Part shown: in pieces, positions 1-9,819 of the stretch
Position numbering within the stretch: the stretch's first letter is position 1
How the letters are laid out: the number at the start of each line of letters is the position of its first letter
NCBI GenBank assembly: GCA_034437795.1
Contig: DAOTTI010000189.1
Span: 16,479-80,478, forward strand
Reading direction: 5' to 3'
DNA from: Chloroflexota bacterium
GTDB lineage: Bacteria; Chloroflexota; UBA11872; UBA12225
Length of the DNA: 64,000 nucleotides
The notes under the pieces: model-generated
What the model saw: the letters and a program-made list of their open reading frames with translations, nothing else
What the model was told of the DNA's origin: nothing
Databases searched by the model: none
Program-made: the position numbers and the translations under genes

Positions 1-126
1 CCGCTTATTGTCGCTCGGAGGATACGCTCCGCTACTAGTACCTGGCCACGGTGTTTCTGCTGAGCTCCGCAATCTGGCCCGCATCCAGCAGGATCACCGT
101 GGCGGAGTACTAGGCATGAACGCGCT

Positions 127-160
127 GGTCAGAGGTGCGGGCAGTGCCGCACCTCTGACC
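127..160 (-). terminator. Perfect 14-bp stem / 6-nt loop hairpin (ggtcagaggtgcgg-gcagtg-ccgcacctctgacc) just 3' of the SBP gene on the minus strand. Candidate intrinsic terminator with no U-tract.
   Basis: Inverted repeat read directly from the sequence. It lies 26 nt after the stop of the 186..1559 gene. Confidence 0.35.
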
Positions 161-185
161 ACTTCTGGCCGCCGACTCCCACCTG

Positions 186-1559
186 CTATTGCGCAAGGAT
201 CTGGCTCCCGATCTGAACGGCCTTGGCTGTAGCATCCGCCAGGCTGGTCTGGTTACGGAAATAAGCCTCCAGTTCCTTGTTCACCGCGCTCACCAGTTCC
301 GCGTACCGGAAGTTTGCGGAATAGCGCAGCGAACCGGCTCCTTGCGGGAAGGCCTTGACGATCGTTGAGTAAATCGGGTCAAAGGCCAGTAGCTTGGGAT
401 CCTGCCAGACGTCCACACGCCCGCCCGGGCTCCCCGCGCCGCCGAAGACCTGCTCAACCCCGTTCTCCTTGTTGGTGACGAACTTGAGCCACTCCCAGGT
501 GGCCTCCACCTTGTCCAGCTTGGTGATGCCCATGCCCGAGCCGGAGGCCTGGGTGCCCCGCCGGCCCCCCGGTCCCTTCGGGAAGAGAGCGATGCCCAAT
601 TCAAACTTCCCGTTAGCGGGGGAGATTTGGTTCGGGCCGGGGCTCTTCCACTCGGCGACAAAGCCAGGCGTCCAGTTGACGAACCCGAGCTTGCCCTCCA
701 CGAACAGGACGTTCGCTCCCTTGCCGTCGTCGCGGTAGTGCTTATCGATGGTCTGGAACTTTGCCTGGGCGTTGTAGATCCACTCTAGCCCGGCGCGGGC
801 CTCGCTTGAATCGAGCAAGACCTTCCGGCCCGCCTCGTCCAGAAACTCGCCGCCGAACTGGCGTACGTAGAAGACCCCGAACTCGCTGAACCCCCACGGG
901 GAGAAGTAACCCCAGATATCCTGGTCCCGCTTGACGAGCTTCTGCGCAGCAGGGATGAGATCGTCGATGGTCCAGCTGCCATCGTCAGGCACGTTGATCC
1001 CCGCCGCCCGGGTCATCGTCTTGTTGTAGTACAGGACGTTGGTGCCATAGTGGCCGTGTGTCGGCAAGGCGTAAAGCTTGCCGCCGATGCTAAACACGTC
1101 GAGCAGCGCTTTGAAGTACGGTGACTTGTCGAACCTCTGGTCCTTCTTGATCAGATCATCCAGCGCCTTGAAGATGCCCTTGGTCGCCTGCTCGCGACCG
1201 GCGTTCCCGTCAGCGACCACGCCAAACCAGGCGGCATCCGGCAACGTGCCGCCGGCGGCCATGACCGTGAGTTTCTCGCCCACGTGCGGCTGCGCATCGA
1301 TGAAGGTAACCGTGATGTTGGTCTCCGGCGTAAATATGGCCCTGGCCCGCTTGTCATAGAACTGGCTATGCCCCGTGGGGCTCGCCACGCCCGCGCGCGT
1401 GACGACCTCGATGGTTACCGGCCCCCTGGCTCTCGTCGGCTGCGCCGCCGGCGTGCCTGCTGCCGGCCCGCAAGCGGCGATGGCTGCTCCCGATACGCCA
1501 GCCACTCCGGCGGTGAGCGCCCGCCTCCTGGTCATCGTCGCTGCTGCGTCTGTGCTCAT
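186..1559 (-). CDS. ABC transporter substrate-binding protein (family 1, sugar-type). Tat/lipoprotein-like N-terminus MSTDAAATMTRRRALTAGVAGVSGAAIAAC.
   Basis: Six-frame ORF 186..1685. MalE-like SBP features along the whole length. Start placed at the internal ATG (1559) that precedes the RRxAL signal peptide. Confidence 0.85.
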   Translation of the reverse strand: MSTDAAATMTRRRALTAGVAGVSGAAIAACGPAAGTPAAQPTRARGPVTIEVVTRAGVASPTGHSQFYDKRARAIFTPETNITVTFIDAQPHVGEKLTVMAAGGTLPDAAWFGVVADGNAGREQATKGIFKALDDLIKKDQRFDKSPYFKALLDVFSIGGKLYALPTHGHYGTNVLYYNKTMTRAAGINVPDDGSWTIDDLIPAAQKLVKRDQDIWGYFSPWGFSEFGVFYVRQFGGEFLDEAGRKVLLDSSEARAGLEWIYNAQAKFQTIDKHYRDDGKGANVLFVEGKLGFVNWTPGFVAEWKSPGPNQISPANGKFELGIALFPKGPGGRRGTQASGSGMGITKLDKVEATWEWLKFVTNKENGVEQVFGGAGSPGGRVDVWQDPKLLAFDPIYSTIVKAFPQGAGSLRYSANFRYAELVSAVNKELEAYFRNQTSLADATAKAVQIGSQILAQ

Positions 1560-1671
1560 CCCTCGCATCGGTGTTCCTCCCTTTCCCGCGGTTAGCGCCG
1601 ACCATTGCCTCCAGGGCTGCACCATTCCAACGCCACACCACGCTCCATGCGCCCGACCTGGTGCGCCAGCC

Positions 1672-2952
1672 TTACTGTATGGCACCTGTAAAGGAAGCGC
1701 AAGAGCGGGCCGTGCCGGCTACCAGCCGCCCCGACTGGTACACCGCCTGGACGCGGTGCACCGCACGAATGTCCGCGGCCGGATTACCCTGCACCACCAG
1801 CAGGTCGGCCAGCCGGCCGGGGGCAATCGTGCCCACCAGATCCGCCAGGCCCAGCGCCTCGGCCGGAATGGCCGTGACCATGCGCAGCGCGTCCAGCGGG
1901 GGAATGCCGGCCCGCTCGGCCATCAGCGTCAGCAGCCAGGGCAGGTCGGTGCACTGATCGTCCCACTGGCCGTAGATGGCGTCGGTGGAGAAGAAGCTGG
2001 GCACGCCGAGCTCAATGCCGCGCCGGAACCAGCGCCAGCGCTCCTGGAGCGTCTCCAGCTGGCGTCGCTCAGCCGCGGAGAGAGGCTGGTCGAGCGGTTT
2101 TTCGGCCAGGACTCGGCTAGGCTGGCTGGCCATGTTGCAATAGATACCGCGCTCGGCCATGCGCCCCGCCACCCCTTCGTCGAAGGCATGGCGCTCGCCA
2201 CGCTCGTCGAGCCACAGGCAGTGCTCGATCGTATCGACGCCGGCCTCCACGGCGCGGGCGATCCCCTCCGTCCCCAGGCAGTGCGCGGCGACGTGGCGGC
2301 CGAGCCGGTGGGCGTCGTCCACGATGGCGCGCAGCTCCTCGACGGAGAACTGGGCGCGCCCCACGTTGCTGCCGGGGGTCATCCGGCCGCCGGTCGCCAT
2401 CACCTTGATGAAGTCTACGCCCTCCTTGACCAGACGGCGGACCAGGGTGCGGGCCTGCGAGGCCGAATCGACTTCGCCCCCGCAGACCCAGAGGTGGCCG
2501 GTCGTGGTGGTCACCGGCGGGCCGCTGACCAGGATGCGGGGGCCCGGAAGCAGGCCGCCGGCAATGCCGTCTCGCAGGGCCTGCAGGAACGTGCCACGGC
2601 TGCCGCAATCGCGGACGGTGGTGACGCCCGCCGCCAGGAGCAGCCGCGCGTGGCAGGCGGAGCGAACCAGCAGCTGGTGGTCATTGAAGCGGGCGGCGTG
2701 CTCGTAGATCGTCTCGCCGTGGCGGTACATCAGGTGGACGTGGGCGTCGATCAGGCCGGGCAGGACGGCGCAGCCGCGGAACTCCCTGACCTCCGCATCC
2801 GGCGGCACCGGTACCGCATCGTGGGGGCCGGCGGCGACGATACGGCCGTCCTGGATCAGGATCGTGGCCGGCTGGATCGGCGGCGTGCCGGTGCAGGGGA
2901 TGGCCGTATCGGCGCGGATCACGAGGCGGTGGGGAGACGGAAGCATGGCCAC
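1672..2952 (-). CDS. Amidohydrolase-family metal-dependent hydrolase.
   Basis: 426 aa ORF. LPGLIDAHVHL metal-binding motif near the N-terminus, plus HxH/D amidohydrolase signatures. Start is GTG at 2952 or ATG at 2946. Confidence 0.8.
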   Translation of the reverse strand: MAMLPSPHRLVIRADTAIPCTGTPPIQPATILIQDGRIVAAGPHDAVPVPPDAEVREFRGCAVLPGLIDAHVHLMYRHGETIYEHAARFNDHQLLVRSACHARLLLAAGVTTVRDCGSRGTFLQALRDGIAGGLLPGPRILVSGPPVTTTTGHLWVCGGEVDSASQARTLVRRLVKEGVDFIKVMATGGRMTPGSNVGRAQFSVEELRAIVDDAHRLGRHVAAHCLGTEGIARAVEAGVDTIEHCLWLDERGERHAFDEGVAGRMAERGIYCNMASQPSRVLAEKPLDQPLSAAERRQLETLQERWRWFRRGIELGVPSFFSTDAIYGQWDDQCTDLPWLLTLMAERAGIPPLDALRMVTAIPAEALGLADLVGTIAPGRLADLLVVQGNPAADIRAVHRVQAVYQSGRLVAGTARSCASFTGAIQ

Positions 2953-3185
2953 ATTCTAAGCGAAGTGGCCAGACTGCACCGCCATGCCCCCGACCATCGC
3001 GCGGGCACCGGCTGGCGCCAATGGCGGCACCGCTTTCCGCGTCAGCGTGACGTAGGGCTCCTGCAGTACCTGAACGCTCAGGACCCCAGTCTCACTCTCC
3101 CATAGCCGTTCGACGAGCGCCTTGGCTTTCGGGCGGCCATTCCCGTGTTGCGCAGCAAGAGTTCCACAGGAGTGGCGGGGACAGA

Positions 3186-3989
3186 TTACTTCTGTCGCGC
3201 CTCACCCGTCTCCCACATGCCCAGCACGTTGTAGCCGGCGTCAACATGGAGGATCTCACCCGTGATATTGCGACCCCAGTCGCTGCACAGGAAGACGGCG
3301 GCGTTGCCCGCATCTTCCATGTCGATGTTGCGGCGCAGCGGGGCGCGTTCACCGGCGGCGTGCAGCATGGTCATGAAGCCGGGGATCCCGCGCGCCGACA
3401 TGGTGCGCAGCGGGCCCAGCGAGAGCAGGTTCACGCGCACGTTGTCCGGTCCGAGGTCGACGGCCAGGTAGCGGCCAATGCTGTCCAGCGCTGCCTTGGC
3501 CACCCCCATGATCTTATATCCCAGCACCACCTTCTCCCCGCCGTAGTAGGTCATGGCCACGACGCTCCCGCCGCCGCGGCGCCGGAACAGGGGCAAGGCG
3601 CCGCGGGCCAGAGCCAGCAGCGAGTAGGCGCTGCTCTCCATGGCGATACGAAAGTCGTCCAGGCTGGCCTCTACGAAACGACGCTCGAAGACCGACGGCG
3701 GGGCGAAGGCGATGGCATGGATGAGGAAGTCCAGCCCGCCGAACTCACGGTCGATCTGGGCATAGGCCTGCGAGACCTGGTCGTCCTCGGCGGCGTTATC
3801 CAGTTGAACGAGTAGCGCCCGCGGGATCTCCGCCGTGAGCTCCTGCGCCTGGCGCGCATAACGGGCCTGGTGCGTAAAAGCGAGGCGGGCGCCCTCGCGC
3901 AGACAGGCTTGCGTGATCCCCCAGGCCACGCCGTACTTATTGGAGAGCCCGGCGATCAGGCCGAGCTTGCCTTCCAGCAGACCGGACAT
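3186..3989 (-). CDS. fabI: Enoyl-[acyl-carrier-protein] reductase (NADH), FabI-type SDR.
   Basis: 267 aa. N-terminus GKLGLIAGLSNKYGVAWGI with the FabI glycine motif, and a YxxxxxxK region. Confidence 0.85.
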   Translation of the reverse strand: MSGLLEGKLGLIAGLSNKYGVAWGITQACLREGARLAFTHQARYARQAQELTAEIPRALLVQLDNAAEDDQVSQAYAQIDREFGGLDFLIHAIAFAPPSVFERRFVEASLDDFRIAMESSAYSLLALARGALPLFRRRGGGSVVAMTYYGGEKVVLGYKIMGVAKAALDSIGRYLAVDLGPDNVRVNLLSLGPLRTMSARGIPGFMTMLHAAGERAPLRRNIDMEDAGNAAVFLCSDWGRNITGEILHVDAGYNVLGMWETGEARQK

Positions 3990-4052
3990 CGCGTGTGTCC
4001 TCCCCTTTGAACCGTCTCGCGTCCCGCCCGTGAGAGCCTGGCGCCAAGGGCG

Positions 4053-4526
4053 TCACTGCCGCAGCGTGGCCACCAGGCGGCGCGGATGAAGGAGCAGCTC
4101 GAGCGCGTCGATGATGGACCGCGCGACGAGGTCGGCGTTCTGTAGCGCCTCCAGGCTGGTCCCTTCCGGGCCGAGCACGGCGATACTGAGGGCCGCCTCC
4201 TTGAGCATCTGGGCGTCGTTGGCGCCGTTGCCAATGGCCACGACCCCCGCCGCCCCCAGCTTACGAACCAGCTCCGCTTTCTGGGGCGCCTCCGGCTGGC
4301 CGTGCCCCAGGCGGACGGCCTCCATGCCGAGCTCCCCATCGATCGCGCTCTGCCGCCCATAGGTGTCGGCCGTGACCATCACCACCTCCAAGCTGCGGGC
4401 CAGCCGGCTGATCCGCTCGCGCACCCCGGGGATGAGGTGGCCGTCCTCAGCGATGGTCCCGTTGACGTCGAGGACCAGACGCTCCAGCGCCAGGGTGCCG
4501 CGGCCGGGGATGTCGATGGAGAGCAT
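4053..4526 (-). CDS. HAD-superfamily hydrolase domain protein (soluble P-type-ATPase-like HAD module).
   Basis: 157 aa. VMVTAD...AIGNGANDAQML motifs typical of the HAD motif III and the ATPase hinge. Confidence 0.6.
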   Translation of the reverse strand: MLSIDIPGRGTLALERLVLDVNGTIAEDGHLIPGVRERISRLARSLEVVMVTADTYGRQSAIDGELGMEAVRLGHGQPEAPQKAELVRKLGAAGVVAIGNGANDAQMLKEAALSIAVLGPEGTSLEALQNADLVARSIIDALELLLHPRRLVATLRQ

Positions 4527-4980
4527 ATTCGCTAGCGCTCACCGCGTTACGGGGTGGCCCGCACGATACATTGTAAGGGTGCATCACCCAGGCAGGCCTC
4601 TTACCGCGACGCCGGCGACCGTGGCCGTGCTGGCTGCGATGGCGCTGGTGGCGCTGATGGCTGGGCTCGCCTGCCGACCGGCCGAGCGGGGTACCCCCGG
4701 CGGGAGCTCGCCTGCGGGGACGCCGGTGCCGCCGGAGGCCCAGGCGGGGGCTGACGCCGCCCTGCGCGAAGCCTCTGGCAGGCTCGGCCTACCCCGCGAC
4801 CAGTTGGCCGTGATACGGATCGAGCCCAGGGAGTGGAGCGATACGTCCCTGGGCTGCCCGCAGCCGGGGCAGATGTACGCCCAGGTGATCACGCCCGGCT
4901 ACCTGATCATCGTCTCGGGGCGCGGCCGGCAGTTGGAGTACCACACCGATACCCGCGGCCGCGTGGTGCTGTGCCGCTGA
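4516..4980 (+). CDS. Small secreted or lipoprotein-like protein. Its C-terminal ~60 aa domain (SLGCPQPGQMYAQVITPGYLIIVSG...LEYHT...VLC) is shared with the 5228..6100 gene.
   Basis: ORF 4363..4980. The start is after the overlapping HAD gene; MESIF at 4516, or MALVAL at 4639, gives a signal-peptide-like N-terminus. The paralog is on the opposite strand. Confidence 0.55.
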   Translation: MESIFASAHRVTGWPARYIVRVHHPGRPLTATPATVAVLAAMALVALMAGLACRPAERGTPGGSSPAGTPVPPEAQAGADAALREASGRLGLPRDQLAVIRIEPREWSDTSLGCPQPGQMYAQVITPGYLIIVSGRGRQLEYHTDTRGRVVLCR

Positions 4981-5142
4981 GCCCTCTTTCTGTGCTTTTC
5001 TCGTCATCTCCCTCAAGTAGGGTCGGCGACGTTCCACAGGAAGTCGCGACGCCGCAGAACCATCAACTTGAGAGAGCACAGCCCTGAAGCCAGGCTAGAA
5101 CAGCACACGCCGGCGTCGTTGAACCTTGAACCTTGAACTTGG

Positions 5143-5233
5143 CCTAGTGCACCATCAGGCCAGCGATTTGGCATTGCCTTCCCTGGTGCGCGGGCTCGCA
5201 TTCCCAAAGAGGTCGTCTGAAACAGCACTAGGG
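5143..5233 (+). repeat. Copy A of a ~90-nt repeat bounded by an 8-bp terminal inverted repeat (cctagtgc...gcactagg). Other copies at 29138..29222 and 29654..29743.
   Basis: Read directly. ~85% identity to copy C after reverse-complementing. Lies between two convergent genes. Confidence 0.6.
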
Positions 5234-6100
5234 GCACAGTACGAGCTGACCGCCGGTGGCGTTGGTGTGGTATTCCAGGCGCTGGCCGGCGCCGGAAACG
5301 ATGATCAGGTAGCCGGGCGTGATCACCTGGGCGTACATCTGCCCCGGCTGCGGACAGCCCAGGGAGGTGTCCGGCCACTCCCGTTCCTCCACCCGCTCCA
5401 CCACGAGCTGCTCGCGCGGCACGCCGAGGCGCGCGGCCGCGTCCCGCAGCACGGCCTCGACCGCAACTCCGGCGGCGGGATCCCCTACCATTGGCGTCGG
5501 CCTCGGCGCAGGCGTCGGCGTTGGCGCAGCCGCCGGCGCACGCTCCCACTCGAACGGCGGATCGGTATTGAGCCGCTGCTGCAGGCCGCGGGGCCCGAGG
5601 AGCCACGTGCGATAGCCATCGGTGAACGCCGTGAGGTTATCGGCCTTGCGCCAGACGAGCAAGCCCCCGGTGGTACGCTGCTCCGCGTTGCCGTTGATCG
5701 GGTTGAAGCGCTCTGGCTCCAGGCAGTCCCCCACCACCTCGGCGCCGATCAGGTGGCGCAGATTGGCGAACCCGAGCACGAACCCGCAGGGCGCCTGCGC
5801 CCCCGCCGGCCAGGGCACGCCGGCAACGAGGATGGCACCGACGATGGCAGCGAGGCCCCACGCGGCCGCCCGCAGCACACGCGCCGGCCGGACCCCCGCG
5901 AGCGGGACGCGCGACGTCGCACAGAGGCTACTCCCGAGCACGACGTGCCTGGCGCGGCCGTCGGCCAGGGGGGCGCACAGCGCCGCGCAGAGGCCGCCGC
6001 GTGGGGCCTGCAGGGCCGAGGCGAACGCGCGCAGACGACGCAGGATGGCATGCGGGCGCGGCGCTCGTTGCGCCGGTCCGACCTGACGGTAGACAGCCAT
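5228..6100 (-). CDS. Secreted or membrane-anchored protein of unknown function. Its C-terminal domain is paralogous to the 4516..4980 gene.
   Basis: 290 aa with an N-terminal hydrophobic segment (AAAWGLAAIVGAILVAGV). The C-terminal 70 aa are near-identical in motif. A 70-nt stretch is near-identical at the nucleotide level to 4848..4918 in inverted orientation. Confidence 0.65.
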   Translation of the reverse strand: MAVYRQVGPAQRAPRPHAILRRLRAFASALQAPRGGLCAALCAPLADGRARHVVLGSSLCATSRVPLAGVRPARVLRAAAWGLAAIVGAILVAGVPWPAGAQAPCGFVLGFANLRHLIGAEVVGDCLEPERFNPINGNAEQRTTGGLLVWRKADNLTAFTDGYRTWLLGPRGLQQRLNTDPPFEWERAPAAAPTPTPAPRPTPMVGDPAAGVAVEAVLRDAAARLGVPREQLVVERVEEREWPDTSLGCPQPGQMYAQVITPGYLIIVSGAGQRLEYHTNATGGQLVLCP

Positions 6101-6208
6101 AGTCCGGTACGGGTATGCCGTTAGGCAAAGAGTACACTGGAACTCGCCTCAGGACGAGCGCCGGCATGGGGCACCAACACCGGGGACACCAGCAGAGGAG
6201 GGCACGCC

Positions 6209-7069
6209 GTGGTGGAACCAGAGCTGATCGCAGACTACGCCTGCCATACGGGAGAAGGGCCATTGTGGCACCCCATGGAGCGGTGCGTGTACTGGTGCGA
6301 CATCCCGCGCGGACGGATCTTCCGTTACCACCCCGCGACGGGCCAGCACGAGCAGGTATTCGCCGGAGAGCCGGTCGGCGGGTTCACCATCCAGGACGAC
6401 GGCTCGCTCCTGCTCTTCATGGCCAGGGGCGCTGTGCGCCGCTGGCGGCAGGGGGAGCTCACGACCCTGATCGACGAGATCCCGGAAGCGCGCCACTCGC
6501 GGTTTAACGACGTGATTGCCGACCCCGCGGGGCGGGTCTTCGGCGGCACCATGGCCACAAAGGATGCGCCCGGCAAGCAGTACCGCCTGGACCCCGATCG
6601 CAGCCTGCACGTCGTGATCGACCGCGTCCGCACGCCCAACGGCATGGGGTTCACGCCCGATCGGAGGCAGATGTACTTCACCGACTCGCCGGACCTGGCC
6701 ATCTACAAGTTCGATTACGACGAGCGGACCGGTGAGATCAGCAACCGGCGGGTGTTCGTCCAGACGGAGCCGGGCCAGGGCGTGCCGGACGGCATGACCG
6801 TGGACGCGGAAGGCTTCGTCTGGTCCGCACGCTGGGATGGGAGCTGCCTGGTTCGGTACGACCCCGAGGGAAGGGAAGAGCGCCGCGTCTACTTTCCGGC
6901 CAAGAAGGTGTCGAGCGTGACGTTCGGCGGCGACGACTACACCGACATCTACGTCACCACCGCCGGCGGGCACATCAAGGAGCAGGACGGGCCCCTGGCC
7001 GGCGCCCTCTTCCGGATCAATCTGGGGATCAAGGGCGTGCCTGAGTTCCTCTCCCGGATCAGGGTGTAA
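6209..7069 (+). CDS. SMP-30/gluconolactonase/LRE-family lactonase.
   Basis: 286 aa. Beta-propeller lactonase pattern (HTGEGPLWHP...RFNDV...PNGMGF...DGM). Confidence 0.8.
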   Translation: MVEPELIADYACHTGEGPLWHPMERCVYWCDIPRGRIFRYHPATGQHEQVFAGEPVGGFTIQDDGSLLLFMARGAVRRWRQGELTTLIDEIPEARHSRFNDVIADPAGRVFGGTMATKDAPGKQYRLDPDRSLHVVIDRVRTPNGMGFTPDRRQMYFTDSPDLAIYKFDYDERTGEISNRRVFVQTEPGQGVPDGMTVDAEGFVWSARWDGSCLVRYDPEGREERRVYFPAKKVSSVTFGGDDYTDIYVTTAGGHIKEQDGPLAGALFRINLGIKGVPEFLSRIRV

Positions 7070-7110
7070 GGGGCGCGCGCCACCGCTCCGTGGGGGGCGG
7101 CGAGAGGACC

Positions 7111-8271
7111 ATGAGCGATCGCGTACGGATCGGCGTCATCGGGACCGGTCTGTTCACAGACCTGATGCACCTGCCCAATCTCAAGAGCCACCCCCGCGCC
7201 GACCTCGCCGCCATCTGCGGACGCAACCAGGAACGGGCCGGCCTGCTGGCGGCCAGGTACGCGATCCCCCAGGTCTATCACGACTACCGCCGGCTGATCG
7301 ATCGCGGGCAGCTTGACGCAGTGGTCGTCGCCACGCCCGACGACCTGCATTACCCGATGGTCATGCACGCGCTTGAGGCGGGGCTCCACGTGCTGTGCGA
7401 GAAGCCCCTGACCTTGACCGTCGCGCAGGCGCAGGAGATGCTCGAGCGGGCCGAGGCGCGGGGCGTCAAGCATATGACCTACTTCACCTTCCGGTGGCTC
7501 CCGCCATACCGGTATCTCCACCACCTGATTGGCCAGGGATACCTCGGGCGTTGTTACCACGCCGAGTTCCGCTTCCTGGCCGGCTTTGGGCGCGTCCTGG
7601 CCTATAGCTGGCGGTTCGATGCGCGGCGCTCGCTCGGCGCGCTGGGCGACCTGGGGGCGCACCTGGTCGATCTGGCCCGCTGGCTGATCGGCGAGATCCA
7701 GCCGGTCGCGGCCACGCTGGATCGCTACGTTACGCGTCCGCGGCCCGAGAACGGGCGGCGGACGCGGTTCAAGCCGGCCAACGAGGCAGCGCACCTGCTG
7801 GTCCGCTTCACCAACGGCGCCCAGGGCAGCCTGCTGGCCAGCACCGTGGCGCACACCGCCGATCGTGGCCAGGAGCAGCAGCTTGTGTTCCACGGCCAGG
7901 GCGGGGCGCTGGAGGCCCGCCTGACGGGGCTCTGGGCCGAGCTCCAGGGCGCGCGCGCCACTGAGACGGCGTACAGGCCCCTAGCGGTACCGGACGAGTT
8001 CTGGGCCGGCGTGGATCGCAGCCGGCCTCCCGAGGAGCAGGTCCGCCAGGTCTTCACTCGCCAGCCGGTGGCCGACCGGCAGTTCGTAGACGCCATCCTG
8101 CACGACCGGCCCATCACCCCGAGCTTCTATGATGGCCTGAAGGCGCAGGAGGTCCTCGCCGCCGCGCTGGCGGCCGCGGCGCCATTCCCTGCGACCCGCG
8201 GGCCGGCTCGTTCTGCACCACGAACGAGACCGCCATCGCGCACAAACAAAAACAAGCCGCTCAACCGCTAG
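7111..8271 (+). CDS. Gfo/Idh/MocA-family NAD(P)-dependent oxidoreductase.
   Basis: N-terminal Rossmann motif VRIGVIGTGLF, and EKPL catalytic region. Confidence 0.85.
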   Translation: MSDRVRIGVIGTGLFTDLMHLPNLKSHPRADLAAICGRNQERAGLLAARYAIPQVYHDYRRLIDRGQLDAVVVATPDDLHYPMVMHALEAGLHVLCEKPLTLTVAQAQEMLERAEARGVKHMTYFTFRWLPPYRYLHHLIGQGYLGRCYHAEFRFLAGFGRVLAYSWRFDARRSLGALGDLGAHLVDLARWLIGEIQPVAATLDRYVTRPRPENGRRTRFKPANEAAHLLVRFTNGAQGSLLASTVAHTADRGQEQQLVFHGQGGALEARLTGLWAELQGARATETAYRPLAVPDEFWAGVDRSRPPEEQVRQVFTRQPVADRQFVDAILHDRPITPSFYDGLKAQEVLAAALAAAAPFPATRGPARSAPRTRPPSRTNKNKPLNR

Positions 8272-8404
8272 ACGCGGGAGCAGCTTCGAGGAAGAAGGTA
8301 GGTTGGAAGCATCTTCACCATACGCCCGCCGTATAAGAACGGCATAGGAGCGGATAAGAACGCCAATAGAACCCCGTCAGAATTCGGTTGGTGCGCCCCG
8401 CCAC

Positions 8405-8570
8405 GCGCGGGCCAGGGTGAGGGCTCCTCCAGTCCCCTCTCCCTGTCAGAGACGGTCCGGGGACACGCGGCACGCCGCCGAGGCGGCCTTGAGCCCCCTC
8501 TCCCTCTGGGAGAGGATCAGGGTGAGGGCTCCTTCAGTCCCTTCTCCCTGCGGCAAAGAGCCAGGGTGAG
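8405..8570. repeat. Cluster of REP-like intergenic hairpin repeats (CCCTCTCCC-loop-GGGAGAGG followed by GGGTGAGGGCTCC), about three units.
   Basis: Direct reading. The same unit recurs at 16345, 23885, 41385, 44738 and 52713-52872. Confidence 0.7.
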
Positions 8571-8594
8571 GGTCCCGCTGGCCAACAAGCTAGC

Positions 8595-9614
8595 CTACGC
8601 CGCCCTACCCAGGTAGCGGTCGCGGCCATCCACCAGCGCCCGCAGCTTGGCGTCCGCGACCGACCGCGGGAGCATCCACAGGCCACAGTCGGGGTTGGCG
8701 TATTGCACGCGCCCGGGGCCCAGCACATGCTCGGCGTGCTCCAGGCGGCGCGCCACCTCATCCGGATGCTCGATCTGCAGGTCCTTCACGTCGATGACCC
8801 CGACACCGATGCCGATCTTCGGGTCCAGGTCCTTGAGGTACTCCAGCTCCGCGTAACCGCGGCGGGCGAACTCCAGCAGGACGTGATCGGCGCCCAGGCG
8901 ATTGAGAAAGCCGACCAGCTGCTGATAGTGCCCCTTCTGGATCGACTGGCCGCCGTAGTTGCCAAAGCACAGGTGCAGGGCCCGCTCCCTGGACGCCGGA
9001 ACGCCCTCCAGCACGCGATTGATCGCCTCCGCTGCCAGTGACGCATCCTCGGGGTGGCCGGTGAGGTTGGCTTCGTCCACCTGGATCACGTCCGCGTCGA
9101 CGTCTTTGACCTGCTCGTGCAGCACCTCGGCCAGCGCCAGGCACAGCGCCTGCCGGTCGCGATAGTGCCGGTCCAGCAGCACCTTGGCCAGCATGTAGGG
9201 GCTGGTCACGGTGAACTTGATCCGCCGGCTGGTCAGGGCTCGCAGCGGGGCCGCGGCGGCGGCCAGGTTCAGGGCGCCTGCCCCCAGGGGGCCCGTCACC
9301 ACGCCCGCCGGCGCCACGCGATACGCCATCCCTTCCTGGCGAGCGAAGTCGGCAGCGTCGACGGCCATGATCCGCGTGCTGACCCCGTCCATCCGCCCGA
9401 CGAAGTAGTCGATCATCCCGTTCGTCTCAGGATGATTGACGTCAAAGCGAGACAGCTCCCCGTCCGAGAGGACGTCGATCCCCGCCAGCTCCTGCGTGCG
9501 GACGACGACGATGGTCGCGTCCCGCAGAGTGTCCCGCGTAGGATAGACCCGCAACCACTCGGGAGTGGGGTAGCTGCCAATGACGGTGGTCTGTATCGTG
9601 GCTGCTGCGGACAT
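8595..9614 (-). CDS. Cobalamin-independent methionine synthase family protein (MetE C-terminal-domain-like, short form).
   Basis: 339 aa. IGSYPTPEW...DGE and CGLW motifs typical of the MetE/UROD-like family. Confidence 0.75.
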   Translation of the reverse strand: MSAAATIQTTVIGSYPTPEWLRVYPTRDTLRDATIVVVRTQELAGIDVLSDGELSRFDVNHPETNGMIDYFVGRMDGVSTRIMAVDAADFARQEGMAYRVAPAGVVTGPLGAGALNLAAAAAPLRALTSRRIKFTVTSPYMLAKVLLDRHYRDRQALCLALAEVLHEQVKDVDADVIQVDEANLTGHPEDASLAAEAINRVLEGVPASRERALHLCFGNYGGQSIQKGHYQQLVGFLNRLGADHVLLEFARRGYAELEYLKDLDPKIGIGVGVIDVKDLQIEHPDEVARRLEHAEHVLGPGRVQYANPDCGLWMLPRSVADAKLRALVDGRDRYLGRAA

Positions 9615-9819
9615 GGCCTGCTCGTCCTACGTCATGTACGTGCTGGTCCAACGTGGCATCCATGGTGCATCCGCCGGGTTCCTACCGATGGCCCCAACCT
9701 GGGAGAAGGTGACGTGCCTTGCCGCGCGTACCTCTAGCGCACAATTCCTCACGAGCGGTGTGCTCATTGCATCGCGTCCACCGCGGTCCAGGACGCGGCC
9801 CGGCATTCTCCACGAGCGG

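Noticed and set aside
1375-3105. 576 aa ORF on the plus strand.
   Set aside because: It is entirely antisense to the well-supported amidohydrolase gene (1672-2952, minus strand). Its translation is Ala/Arg/Gly-rich low-complexity typical of high-GC antisense frames, with no recognisable family motifs.
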